Shown: positions 8,913 through 17,555 of the stretch, in pieces
How positions within the stretch are numbered: the stretch's first letter is position 1
Layout: every line of letters starts with the position of its first letter
Assembly: GCA_948467545.1 (NCBI GenBank)
Contig: CAOKER010000001.1
Coordinates: forward strand, 287,477 to 351,476
Direction of reading: 5' to 3'
Length of the DNA stretch: 64,000 bases
DNA from: an uncultured Eubacteriales bacterium
Lineage (GTDB): Bacteria > Bacillota > Clostridia > Oscillospirales > CAG-272
The notes under the pieces: generated by a model
Told to the model about the DNA's origin: nothing
The model's database searches: none
Seen by the model: the letters and a program-made list of their open reading frames with translations, nothing else
Program-made: the position numbers and the translations under genes

Positions 8913-10745
8913 TTATTTGGAATTTTGATTTTCCTTCGCATTTTTCTCCTTTTTCGGTTCGGATTTCCCGGAAAAGCTCTTTCTTTTTAGACAGACGAGT
9001 TTGCGGTAAATGATTTTGCGGCAGACGATCGCGCCTGCGGCTGATACGCCTAGAAAAATAACCGCGATTATTAGGGCTGCGGTATTTACATTCGATTTTT
9101 CGGAATCCGAATTATTTTCGGATATATTTTCCTTGCTTTTGTTCTTTTTGCTTTCTTCGGAGCTTTTATCCGATCCGATGTCGGCTGTATCATTGGACGC
9201 TATATGGTCTGCGTCTGGGATATCGTGGCTTTCGCCCGAAAATTCGGATTCTGAGTTTTTGTCGTTTGAATATTCTGTTCCGTATTGTGCGGAGCCGTCG
9301 GATATATTTTTAATGTTAGGTGCGGAAGTATTAATATCCGTATTTCTACTGTCGGAATCAGAAGCGGCACCGTTTACTGACGAATAAGAATTGTTTTTGT
9401 CCGAAGTATATTTGTTTGAATTATCTGAGGAATACAAATCTGTATTATTGTTATTGTTTTCCGAATTATCTGACAGATCTTTATTACCTCCCGACGCGGA
9501 TATAAACGGATTTTTGGATGATCCGGCGGTATTATCCGATTTATCTGTGACTTGTGCGGTTGTATTGTTTTCGGTGCCTGTATTAGGAAGGTCGGCGGGG
9601 TATGACGGATTAGCCACAGCATAGTTTAATGCGTTTGCGGCATAGTCTGCCGAGCTTTGCGAAGCGTTAAGCGTCGCCATTACATTTACAGCGGAGTTAT
9701 ATGCTTCCGCTACATTTGATCTTGTGAGCAGACCTGAGGCGCGCGCTTGTGCAATTGCTTTTGTCAGTTTGTCTTTGTTTGCGGTGTAATAGTATCCGGA
9801 TGTCGGTTGATTATCTACATTCGGAATATCGGTTCCGACAGCGCCGAATCCTCCGATGTCCGCTCCGTATCCAAGTGTAAACTGTACTCGGACGATATCT
9901 CCGTCGGACAGATAGCTGTCGGAAAAGCCTACATTCGGAAAAATATTATTTACCGAATACATCCACCCCGATCCGTTTGTAAAAGCAAATTCGCCGAGAT
10001 ATCCGATCCAGTTATTAATATAATCGTTCGGATCGTAAAATGTCATTGTATCTTCGAGATACGGCACAAGAAGGGAAGGAATGCACGGACTTAGATTCAG
10101 AGCTTTGGGATTTGCCGGAGTTCCGCTTTTTTGATAGCTGTTATATTTTTCCGGAGCTGCAGTACCGTCTGCGATATATGCAAGATAGAAGGAGGATTTA
10201 ACTGTTCCTCCGTAATATCCCGCAAAGCCGTTTGAATGGAGCAGCCGAATCAGCTGTTGAGCAGCTGTTTCTCCCTCATATATCGGCATATCTGTCGGAT
10301 ATATAAGGTAACCGCAGCCTATTGTAAAAGCTTCAATACTCCATGTTGCCGTGCCTATGGCTTCTCCTTCGGCGGCTCTCTGATAGTTAATATGATATGT
10401 AAGCTCTTTCTTTTTTCCTCCGTCCGATGACGCTGATACGGTTACAACATTTTCACCTTCTTGAGTAAAGAAAAGCGTATAGCTCGTTTTTTCATTGTCA
10501 TCCCATGTAGGATCAACCCTCTGACCGTTGAGCTTTACGGTTGCTTTTATTTTGTCTCCGGAGGAATTTCTTGCCCACACATCAAATGTTTTTTTGCTCC
10601 CTCTCTGCAGTATATTGTCCGACAGCGTTGTAATTACCGAAGGACCGGAGGCCGCTTCTGCAGGAAACTCTGCTGTTGTGAAAGAGAACAGTATGAAAAT
10701 AATACAAAGTATTGACGGTATTCGCCGGCTTATTTTGATATTCAT
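8913..10745 (-). CDS. Secreted/membrane-anchored DUF4430-domain protein with long Ser/Asn/Asp-rich low-complexity linker
   Basis: ORF 8913..10841. Start moved to MNIKISRRIPSILCIIFILF (ATG 10745, signal peptide ..AEA). DUF4430 core GSGWMYSVNNIFPNVGFSDSYLSDGDIVRVQFT. About 230 aa of S/N/D-rich linker, then a C-terminal TM helix and basic tail. Confidence 0.75.
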   Translation of the reverse strand: MNIKISRRIPSILCIIFILFSFTTAEFPAEAASGPSVITTLSDNILQRGSKKTFDVWARNSSGDKIKATVKLNGQRVDPTWDDNEKTSYTLFFTQEGENVVTVSASSDGGKKKELTYHINYQRAAEGEAIGTATWSIEAFTIGCGYLIYPTDMPIYEGETAAQQLIRLLHSNGFAGYYGGTVKSSFYLAYIADGTAAPEKYNSYQKSGTPANPKALNLSPCIPSLLVPYLEDTMTFYDPNDYINNWIGYLGEFAFTNGSGWMYSVNNIFPNVGFSDSYLSDGDIVRVQFTLGYGADIGGFGAVGTDIPNVDNQPTSGYYYTANKDKLTKAIAQARASGLLTRSNVAEAYNSAVNVMATLNASQSSADYAANALNYAVANPSYPADLPNTGTENNTTAQVTDKSDNTAGSSKNPFISASGGNKDLSDNSENNNNNTDLYSSDNSNKYTSDKNNSYSSVNGAASDSDSRNTDINTSAPNIKNISDGSAQYGTEYSNDKNSESEFSGESHDIPDADHIASNDTADIGSDKSSEESKKNKSKENISENNSDSEKSNVNTAALIIAVIFLGVSAAGAIVCRKIIYRKLVCLKRKSFSGKSEPKKEKNAKENQNSK

Positions 10746-10763
10746 GTTTTTGACTGCACCTTT

Positions 10764-10807
10764 TAAAATCAAAACAGGGAATGCGGCGGCAAAGCCGCAT
10801 TCCCTTG
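10764..10807 (-). terminator. Intrinsic terminator/attenuator immediately after the giant gene, inside the operon
   Basis: Minus strand: AGGGAATGCGGC-TTTGCC-GCCGCATTCCCT, a 12-bp perfect stem, followed by GTTTTGATTTT. It starts 9 nt after the stop at 10816. Confidence 0.7.
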
Positions 10808-10815
10808 TTATTTTC

Positions 10816-13800
10816 TTATACCTTCCGTTTCGACTTTGCAATGATTATAACTATCGCATACAGACTTACAGCTGTCAGCATAGCATAAAGTAAAATGTCA
10901 GAGCTGCCGCCTGTCTGAGGAGATACGGGATTATCATTGTCAGGGACATCTTTGCCATTTGAAGTACCGTCGGCAGATGATATGTCATTGTTTTTATCGC
11001 CGGACGAATCTTTGCCTGCGGAGCCGTTGCTGTTGTCCGAGCCGTTGTTCTCGGAGCCGGAGATGTCATCGGGCTTTTTATTGTCATCAGGTTTCTCATT
11101 GCCGTCGGGTTTCTTGTTGTCGTCAGGATCGTTTACCGGCGTATTTATATCGTCGGCTTCTTTTTTCAGCTGAGCAAGAACAGCTTCTGCTTTTTCCAGT
11201 TCCGAGTAGTTTGATACATAAATTTTTGCTTCATCGGAAAGTAATTCATATGCCGAACGTGCGCTTTGAATTGCTTTTTCGCTGTTGAGCGTAACCGTTC
11301 CGATGCTGTCGATTTTTTCCGACACTGCTTTTGCCGCTTCTTCGTTGCTTAGCTGTTTATCTGTTTTTACAGCGTCGAGTTTTGATTTTGCGTCTGAAAG
11401 TGCCGAATTGACCGCGTCGGCATCTTCTGCGGCGTTTATAGCGTTCATTCCCGACGAAATGATATTCTTAATTTCATCCTGCTGTGTGTTTCTGTAATCC
11501 GAAATGTCCTTGTATGTTTCAAGCTGGCTTACAGCGGTTTTCTTTGCCTGCTCTAAGGTTTGAATTGCCGTGAGCTCACTTTCGGTTTTTTCCAATACAT
11601 TAAAATTAGACACGTAACTCTTCAGCTCGTCGTCAAGATTATCGTATGCATTTCTCGCTTCGTTTACGGCGTCGGAGCTGTCGGAAGTAACTATGCCGAT
11701 GGTATTTATCTTTTCGGTTACAGTATCCACTGCGTCGGCATCTTCGGTATTTTGCCAGTAAACGAGCGGATACCCGCTGTTTATAAGCGCATATCTGTCT
11801 TTTTTGAACCCGTCTCCGAGAAGGACGGAAAAGTCATCCGATTTCATTTCCTCCGAGGTTTTGCCGACAGTGGCGTCAGTTCCGTTTGAAACTCCGCAGT
11901 TTGTAATATCGGAATTGTAGTAACAATCTGTAATTTCGTTTTTGTATGTTACAAGACTTACGATTGCTCCTGCGCCGTCAATAATGTTTTCTCCTGTCAC
12001 GGAAATTGTACCGGCATTGTAGCAATTGCGGATTGTATGTCCGTCCTGAACCCTGCCCGCAATTCCTGCCGCGTTGTACTTTGCCGTGACGGTGCCCGCG
12101 TTGTAGCAGCCGTATATTGTAACATTTACGGAGGTGCCGTTTCTGGATACGTCCAAATGTCCGACGATACCGCCGACCGAAGAGTCGGAAGAATATATAT
12201 TTCCGGAGTTATAGCAGCCTGTGATGATGCTTTCACCGCCGTCTCGGACGGTACCTACTACACCGCCGCTGTATCCTCCGCAGTAAATGTCGGCACCATT
12301 CCAGCAATTAATGAAGTCGGCTCCGTTGCTCCACTGAGCGATACCGCCTATAAACGATTTGTTTGAAGCCTCTATTTCTCCGCTGGCTACTCCCGTATTT
12401 TTTATAACTGCGTTAGTACCTGCATATCCGAACAGACCGCCTGACGTGGAATAGAGATTATCGATAACATATCCTTGTCCGTCAAAGATACCGTCAAATT
12501 GGCGGGCGCTTGATTTACCGATAGGTGTCCAGTCGGAATAATTGCTGAGATCTATGTGCGCGGTAAGCAGAACTGTTTTGTCTGTAAAGCTCTCGCCTGC
12601 ATTTACCCGTTCGGCGAACGCAGCGAGCTCTTCCGCAGATCCGATTTCGGTACCCGCACGGACAGGAGCCTCATCGCCGATTGTTTTTTGATTCATCAAA
12701 ACAGGATAGCCGCTGTTGATGTTTTCACTGTCTTTTGCAAAAGCTGAGCCGAGCAGTGACGCAAAGGAGTCGTCTTTCATTTCCGCGCCCGTTTTTGCGG
12801 ATGCTTCTCCGCTGACAGCACCTTCGGCGTCGGAGCCGTCGTCTGTAAATACGCCGTACGTTTTGGTGCATGAAGTATTCAAGTAGTATACGTTATCGAT
12901 ACTTACTGCAGTTTCTGCTGAGCTGCCGAATATAGCTCCCGAAGCCTCTCCGTCGTTGACAGTTCCTGTATTGTAGCAATTTTTAATCTGGTTATTTACA
13001 TCGGTTCCTCCGAGCCTGAAGCTTCCGACTATGCCTCCGAGTCCCCAGCTTCCGCCGCCTCCGATTTCTCCGGTATTATAGCAATCCGTTATGACAGTCT
13101 TTGCTCCGTTATTTTTCCAGCGGTTCGGTCCGGACTGTCCGAGAATGCCTCCTCCTGTATAAGACGCATTTACAGTTCCGTGGTTTGAGCAGCTTTCAAT
13201 AACAACGGATGCCCCGTCTTCGACAGAACCTAAAATACCTCCGATTCCAAAGGTACCTGAAACAGAAGCATAGTTGTGACAGTTTCTGATAATTACGGAC
13301 GCTTCTGAGATAACCTCACCGGCCACAGCGCCGATACTTGTATTATAGCTTCCGCCGAGATTTCCGCTCGCGATAGTAAGATTTTCAATGACCGCACCGT
13401 TTCCGAGTCTGCCGAACAGGCCGCAGACATTGTAGGTTGAGCCGTTCAGATTCCAAATTCGATAGCCGTCTCCGTCGAAGCAGCCTCTGAAGCCTTCGTT
13501 TGTATTATCGGCAATTCCTCTCCAGTCATCGATATTTTTCATATTGATGTTCTGTGTCATTTTGAAGTAAATACCGGCGGTATTCATATTTTTTGTGTAT
13601 ATATAGTTTCTCAGGTCGACAAGATCGTCCGCGGTTTTAATGAGATACGGATCATCCGCCGTGCCTTCTCCGTCCCACGGCATTTTTTCACGTACTTCAA
13701 TTGATACCGAAGTCTTTAGAATGCCGTAAGAAATATAAATTGCGTCGGTATTCAGGTCGAGCTTGCTTTTTACCGAAAGCTTATATCCGGTGATTTCTTT

Positions 13801-16800
13801 TGTGCTGCCGTCGCTGTAAAAGGCCGTAATGATCATGCCGGAAGCATCAAATGAATCGCCTTCATAGTATCTGAGCTTGTCCGGATTCTTAGTAACCGAA
13901 ATAGAAATAATATAAGGGGTATCTTTGTCAAGCTCAGATTCGCCGCCGATAAGTTCAAGAGCGGAGGCCAGCGACGAATAATTGTTTACGTAACGGCGCT
14001 CGTCTTCGTGAACTGAGCGGAATACGGAGAGCGCTGATTTAAGCTTTTCCTTATAATCGGGTTCGGAAGGATCCGGCATGGAAGCTATAGCCGAGACGGC
14101 GCTGTTCATGGCGCCCTTTTCTTCTGCGGTCCATTCTCCTCGCATATCGTAAAGCGAACGCATTCCGTTTTCAAGCCTCCAGTACGAAACAAGCGCATAT
14201 GTCGCCTGATCGTTCGCCATCGAATTAAATCCTGAATTTAAAACGTGACAGAACCCTCCGTCGGAGAGACGGAAACTCAGAATACCGTCTAAAAGTGTTT
14301 TGCCGTTCGATGTTATAAATCGTTCATCCTCCGCCGGATCGATTCCGAGCGAGCAGAGTGCTACAACGACCTGAGAAATACTTTCAACATTATTGGTATT
14401 CCACGAGGTAAAGCCTCCGCTGCTGTTCATCATTGATCCGAGGCGATCGAGAGCTTCATCTATGCAGTTACGGACGGTTTTGGAGAGCTTCAGACCGCTG
14501 TTTTCGTTTGTATATGTATAAATAGTATCATCATTGTAATATGGAGCAAGCGCTTGAATTGCCATTGCCGTAATGTCGACGTCCGAGCTGCTTCCGTAGC
14601 CTCCGAGTACCCAGCCGCCGTATTCGTTTCCGTTTACGCCGTCGGTAAGCTGCATTTTCAGAATTTCGGTAATAAAGGTTTCACGGGAATATTTTGCGTC
14701 TGAAGGTACTTCATACATACCCGTATCCATGGCTATAAGTCCCCAAATCCAGCCGTTTATTCCCTGAGTACCGGGACCTGCTTTAAGCGCATTGTTGTAA
14801 CTTCCGTCCGCAATAAGATCAATCGGGCTTCCGTTGTATGTACCGAAACTTACAGGATTGCCGCCGAGCGCTGCGATTGAGACGACTGCACGGTGCCATT
14901 CGGTTGCCTTGGCGCTGTGCAGAATTCCGCCGTTATCCGAATAAGTCTTTTCAATATAGGATTTCATTGCGGCAAGATAATCATCGTATCCTGTTCCGTC
15001 ATCAATCATATAGTAATATGCACCGGAATCATAGTATCCGAAGCGTCCCATTGCAAGCGCCATCCAATCGGTTTCGGTGGAACTTGCTCCCGACATATAC
15101 CCCTCGTTTCCGAGAAGTGTTCCGCTGATATCCGAATGTTTTTTCGTGCTGGCGACAGCTGCTTTGATGTATTCGGCAAGCTGCGCGGAAAGCTCTGTAC
15201 TTTCTGTGAATGCGGGGCGGACGGGTATGTCCGTGCAGACAGAGCTTTCCCAAAGCAGTATGGGATTGCCTTGGCTGTCGGTAAACGCGGAGCCGAGAAA
15301 AGAGGCGGAGATGCTTTCGGTTTCGCTTATGCCTGTCTTATTGTCTGTTCCCGTTCCTTTGATATAATAGCAGCCGCTGTTTGTTCCCCTGCTTGCCCCG
15401 ATTACCGCACCGATGTTGTTTGCATTGCCTGCGGAATCTATTACCATGCCTGCATTATAGCAGTTTGTAAGCGTCGGAGAAGCCGCCTTGTGCCCTCCGG
15501 TTATGCCGCCGACTGTAGCGGGACCGGTAACGGGGCCTGTATTATAGCAGTTTTCCACCGTACCAGCTCTCCAATGCTGTCCTGTAACTCCGCCGATGTA
15601 TCCTGTAGTGCCCGTAACCGAACCGGAGTTATAGCATCCGCTGACAGTACAGTCTCCGTTGACCGAGCCTGCTATACCTCCGACGTTGGCGCTGCCGGAT
15701 ACAGTTGCTTCATTGCCGCAGTTTGTAATTTTTCCTGCTGTGAGTTTGCCGACTATTCCCGCGACGTCTCCGGAGCCTGCCGAGCTTCCTTTGACCACAA
15801 GATTTCTTACGGTACCGCCGTCTACATTTCCGAAGAAACCGAGTGATGATCCTCCGTTGATATAAAGTCCGCTTACTGTGTGATAGTTACCGTCAAATAT
15901 TCCTTTAAAGGGTGACGCCGACGTTCCGACGGGAGTCCACGGAGAGTTCTCTCCGCCGAGATATACATTTACATCCAGACGTATGAGCTTCTCCTCGTAC
16001 GTGTTTCCTTCGTTTACGCTTACGGCAAATGCCTTCAGCTCTTCATAGCTTCCGATTATTACATCCGGCATTTTTGTCTGCCATGCAAGAATCGGATATC
16101 CGCGGTTGAGATTGTCATCGTCCGCTTTAAATCCGATACCGAGAGCTGCCGCGTCGAGAGTGTCGGTCTCGGCTATACCGTTCTTGCTGTCGGTTCCGGT
16201 GCCTCTCAGGTAAAAGCAGCCGCTGTTTGTCCCTCTGCTTGCACCGATTACCGCGCCGATGTTGTTGGCATTGCCTGCGGAATCTATTACCATGCCTGCA
16301 TTATAGCAGTTTGTAAGAGTCGGAGAAGCTGCCTTGTGACCTCCGGCTACGCCGCCGACTGTAGCGGGACCGGTGACGACGCCTGTATTATAGCAGTTTT
16401 CCACTGTTCCCGCTCTCCAATGCTGTCCTGTAACTCCGCCGATGTAGCCTGTGGTGCCCGTAACCGAACCGGAGTTATAGCATCCAATGACAGAAGATGC
16501 GCCGCCGACGTACCCTACAACGCCGCCTACGGCGCTTGAGCCGTTTACGTCTGCGTTGCTGCCGCAGTTTTTAATATTTCCTTCAGAGAGATATCCGACG
16601 ATACCTGCGACATTTCCGCTTCCTGTAACACTTCCTTTTACTGTTACACTTTCAACGGTACCGTTTTCAACATATCCGAAAAGTCCGAGATTTTTTCCCG
16701 AACTGTCGGAGATGAAAAGACCGCTGATAATATGGTTTTCTCCGTCAAAGGTTCCTTTAAAGCGGTTGTTTTCATTTCCTATAGGTGTCCACGGAGAGCT

Positions 16801-17010
16801 CTCTCCGCCGAGAGCAATGTCCGCTTCAAGGACAACCGTTTTGCCCTCGTATGTATTTCCGTTGTTTACATTGGCAGCAAACTGCTGCAGCTCTGCAAGA
16901 GTTGAAATTTTCAGGTCAGCCTCTTCTGCGGATACTGTCATCGGTATTGCCGATATTATCATAATAACAGAAAGAAGGCCTGCAATAAAGCGATTTGTTT
17001 TAATTTTCAT
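10816..17010 (-). CDS. Giant (2064 aa) cell-wall-anchored surface protein: signal peptide, 4 GLUG-repeat modules, alpha/alpha-toroid domain, Ig-like domain, helical repeats, SPQTG sorting signal
   Basis: Signal peptide ..AIPMTVSA. Many GLUG-type repeats (VAGIVGY..NCxN..VGGVVGY). Toroid motifs (ATEWHRAVVSIAALGG, GINGWIWGLIAMDTG, DVDITAMAIQALAPYY). An Ig-like segment (ISISVTKNPDKLRYYEGDSFDASGM). The C-terminus is SPQTG plus a hydrophobic helix plus KSKRKV. Confidence 0.9.
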   Translation of the reverse strand: MKIKTNRFIAGLLSVIMIISAIPMTVSAEEADLKISTLAELQQFAANVNNGNTYEGKTVVLEADIALGGESSPWTPIGNENNRFKGTFDGENHIISGLFISDSSGKNLGLFGYVENGTVESVTVKGSVTGSGNVAGIVGYLSEGNIKNCGSNADVNGSSAVGGVVGYVGGASSVIGCYNSGSVTGTTGYIGGVTGQHWRAGTVENCYNTGVVTGPATVGGVAGGHKAASPTLTNCYNAGMVIDSAGNANNIGAVIGASRGTNSGCFYLRGTGTDSKNGIAETDTLDAAALGIGFKADDDNLNRGYPILAWQTKMPDVIIGSYEELKAFAVSVNEGNTYEEKLIRLDVNVYLGGENSPWTPVGTSASPFKGIFDGNYHTVSGLYINGGSSLGFFGNVDGGTVRNLVVKGSSAGSGDVAGIVGKLTAGKITNCGNEATVSGSANVGGIAGSVNGDCTVSGCYNSGSVTGTTGYIGGVTGQHWRAGTVENCYNTGPVTGPATVGGITGGHKAASPTLTNCYNAGMVIDSAGNANNIGAVIGASRGTNSGCYYIKGTGTDNKTGISETESISASFLGSAFTDSQGNPILLWESSVCTDIPVRPAFTESTELSAQLAEYIKAAVASTKKHSDISGTLLGNEGYMSGASSTETDWMALAMGRFGYYDSGAYYYMIDDGTGYDDYLAAMKSYIEKTYSDNGGILHSAKATEWHRAVVSIAALGGNPVSFGTYNGSPIDLIADGSYNNALKAGPGTQGINGWIWGLIAMDTGMYEVPSDAKYSRETFITEILKMQLTDGVNGNEYGGWVLGGYGSSSDVDITAMAIQALAPYYNDDTIYTYTNENSGLKLSKTVRNCIDEALDRLGSMMNSSGGFTSWNTNNVESISQVVVALCSLGIDPAEDERFITSNGKTLLDGILSFRLSDGGFCHVLNSGFNSMANDQATYALVSYWRLENGMRSLYDMRGEWTAEEKGAMNSAVSAIASMPDPSEPDYKEKLKSALSVFRSVHEDERRYVNNYSSLASALELIGGESELDKDTPYIISISVTKNPDKLRYYEGDSFDASGMIITAFYSDGSTKEITGYKLSVKSKLDLNTDAIYISYGILKTSVSIEVREKMPWDGEGTADDPYLIKTADDLVDLRNYIYTKNMNTAGIYFKMTQNINMKNIDDWRGIADNTNEGFRGCFDGDGYRIWNLNGSTYNVCGLFGRLGNGAVIENLTIASGNLGGSYNTSIGAVAGEVISEASVIIRNCHNYASVSGTFGIGGILGSVEDGASVVIESCSNHGTVNASYTGGGILGQSGPNRWKNNGAKTVITDCYNTGEIGGGGSWGLGGIVGSFRLGGTDVNNQIKNCYNTGTVNDGEASGAIFGSSAETAVSIDNVYYLNTSCTKTYGVFTDDGSDAEGAVSGEASAKTGAEMKDDSFASLLGSAFAKDSENINSGYPVLMNQKTIGDEAPVRAGTEIGSAEELAAFAERVNAGESFTDKTVLLTAHIDLSNYSDWTPIGKSSARQFDGIFDGQGYVIDNLYSTSGGLFGYAGTNAVIKNTGVASGEIEASNKSFIGGIAQWSNGADFINCWNGADIYCGGYSGGVVGTVRDGGESIITGCYNSGNIYSSDSSVGGIVGHLDVSRNGTSVNVTIYGCYNAGTVTAKYNAAGIAGRVQDGHTIRNCYNAGTISVTGENIIDGAGAIVSLVTYKNEITDCYYNSDITNCGVSNGTDATVGKTSEEMKSDDFSVLLGDGFKKDRYALINSGYPLVYWQNTEDADAVDTVTEKINTIGIVTSDSSDAVNEARNAYDNLDDELKSYVSNFNVLEKTESELTAIQTLEQAKKTAVSQLETYKDISDYRNTQQDEIKNIISSGMNAINAAEDADAVNSALSDAKSKLDAVKTDKQLSNEEAAKAVSEKIDSIGTVTLNSEKAIQSARSAYELLSDEAKIYVSNYSELEKAEAVLAQLKKEADDINTPVNDPDDNKKPDGNEKPDDNKKPDDISGSENNGSDNSNGSAGKDSSGDKNNDISSADGTSNGKDVPDNDNPVSPQTGGSSDILLYAMLTAVSLYAIVIIIAKSKRKV
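15370..15639 (-). repeat. Copy 2 of an in-frame 270-bp near-identical intragenic duplication in the giant gene
   Basis: About 90% identical to 16216..16485, offset exactly 846 bp (282 codons). Encodes YNSGSVTGTTGYIGGVTGQHWRAGTVENCYNTG...NNIGAVIGASRGTNSGC in both copies. Confidence 0.9.
16216..16485 (-). repeat. Copy 1 of the 270-bp intragenic duplication
   Basis: See 15370..15639. The whole roughly 282-aa module (aa ~29-310 versus ~311-590) is duplicated, with this core nearly identical at DNA level. Confidence 0.9.
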
Positions 17011-17083
17011 ATAAATACCTCATGTAAATACCTCATGCCGCCTGCGGCGGCTCTTCATTTTAGCTGTTAATCGGAGTTTCGTG

Positions 17084-17308
17084 TCAGGATTTTGAGGCGG
17101 TCTTTTTTCTTTTTTTTGATTTTTTTGTTGCCTTTTTGGGTTCTTTAAGCCCGACGGCTTCCAGTGCACGCGGCCACGGTCCGAGGAACGCCTTAATTCG
17201 GGATCGGGTGGGTTCATCAAAATCATCCTTGCGCGGAATTCTGCCGAGTTCTTCTTTTTTTCGATGCAAAAGCTCTTCCGCCCAGGACTTTTTCTCATCT
17301 GACGTCAC
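17084..17308 (-). CDS. Small basic protein resembling a single homing-endonuclease-associated (HNH) repeat / HTH-like module
   Basis: 74 aa. GTG start at 17308 preceded by GAAGGAGGG. GRIPRKDDFDEPTRSRIKAFLGPWPRALEAVGL resembles the repeat pattern (g.iPt..ef......y...FGsW..AL..AGL). Lys-rich tail. First ORF after the riboswitch. Confidence 0.6.
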   Translation of the reverse strand: MTSDEKKSWAEELLHRKKEELGRIPRKDDFDEPTRSRIKAFLGPWPRALEAVGLKEPKKATKKSKKRKKTASKS

Positions 17309-17461
17309 TTCTATCCCTCCTTCAAACTGAAAAATTCAGGTACTCACAGGTACTCAAAAGAAAAACTCCCTAAGGTTATCAGGCCTTAAGGAGCACAACA
17401 GATTTAATCCGCTTATGAATCATGACATAGAGATACTGCGGTCTGACTTGAGATTTGGAAA

Positions 17462-17528
17462 GAAAATAAAAAAATAAAAAGAGTGTAAATCCCAAGCCGC
17501 AATGCGGCGATAAATCGGTTGCACTCTT
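17462..17528 (-). terminator. Riboswitch expression-platform intrinsic terminator
   Basis: Minus strand: AAGAGTG...GCCGCATTGCGGC...CACTCTT followed by TTTTATTTTTTTATTTT. Located about 30 nt downstream of the B12 box. Confidence 0.7.
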
Positions 17529-17555
17529 CTCACCAAAGCTGTGTTAAACCTGAAA

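Noticed and set aside
14893-15846. 317-aa plus-strand ORF, and several other 60-175-aa plus-strand ORFs between 10.9 and 17.0 kb
   Set aside because: They lie entirely antisense to the 2064-aa gene. Their translations are low-complexity Cys/Arg/Ala-rich with no motifs. The minus-strand frame has clear domain structure, a signal peptide and a sorting signal.
2850-17010. Genomic island, prophage or mobile-element origin of the large accessory operon
   Set aside because: No integrase, transposase, recombinase, flanking direct repeats or tRNA junction are visible at its borders. The nearest tRNA (25673) is 8 kb away and separated by housekeeping-type genes. Horizontal origin can be neither supported nor excluded from this window.
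17020-17298. 92-aa alternative-frame ORF overlapping the 74-aa small gene
   Set aside because: It has no RBS, and its Arg/Lys/Pro-rich translation comes from the same A-rich stretch. The 17084..17308 frame has a strong GGAGGG RBS and a recognisable repeat-like motif.
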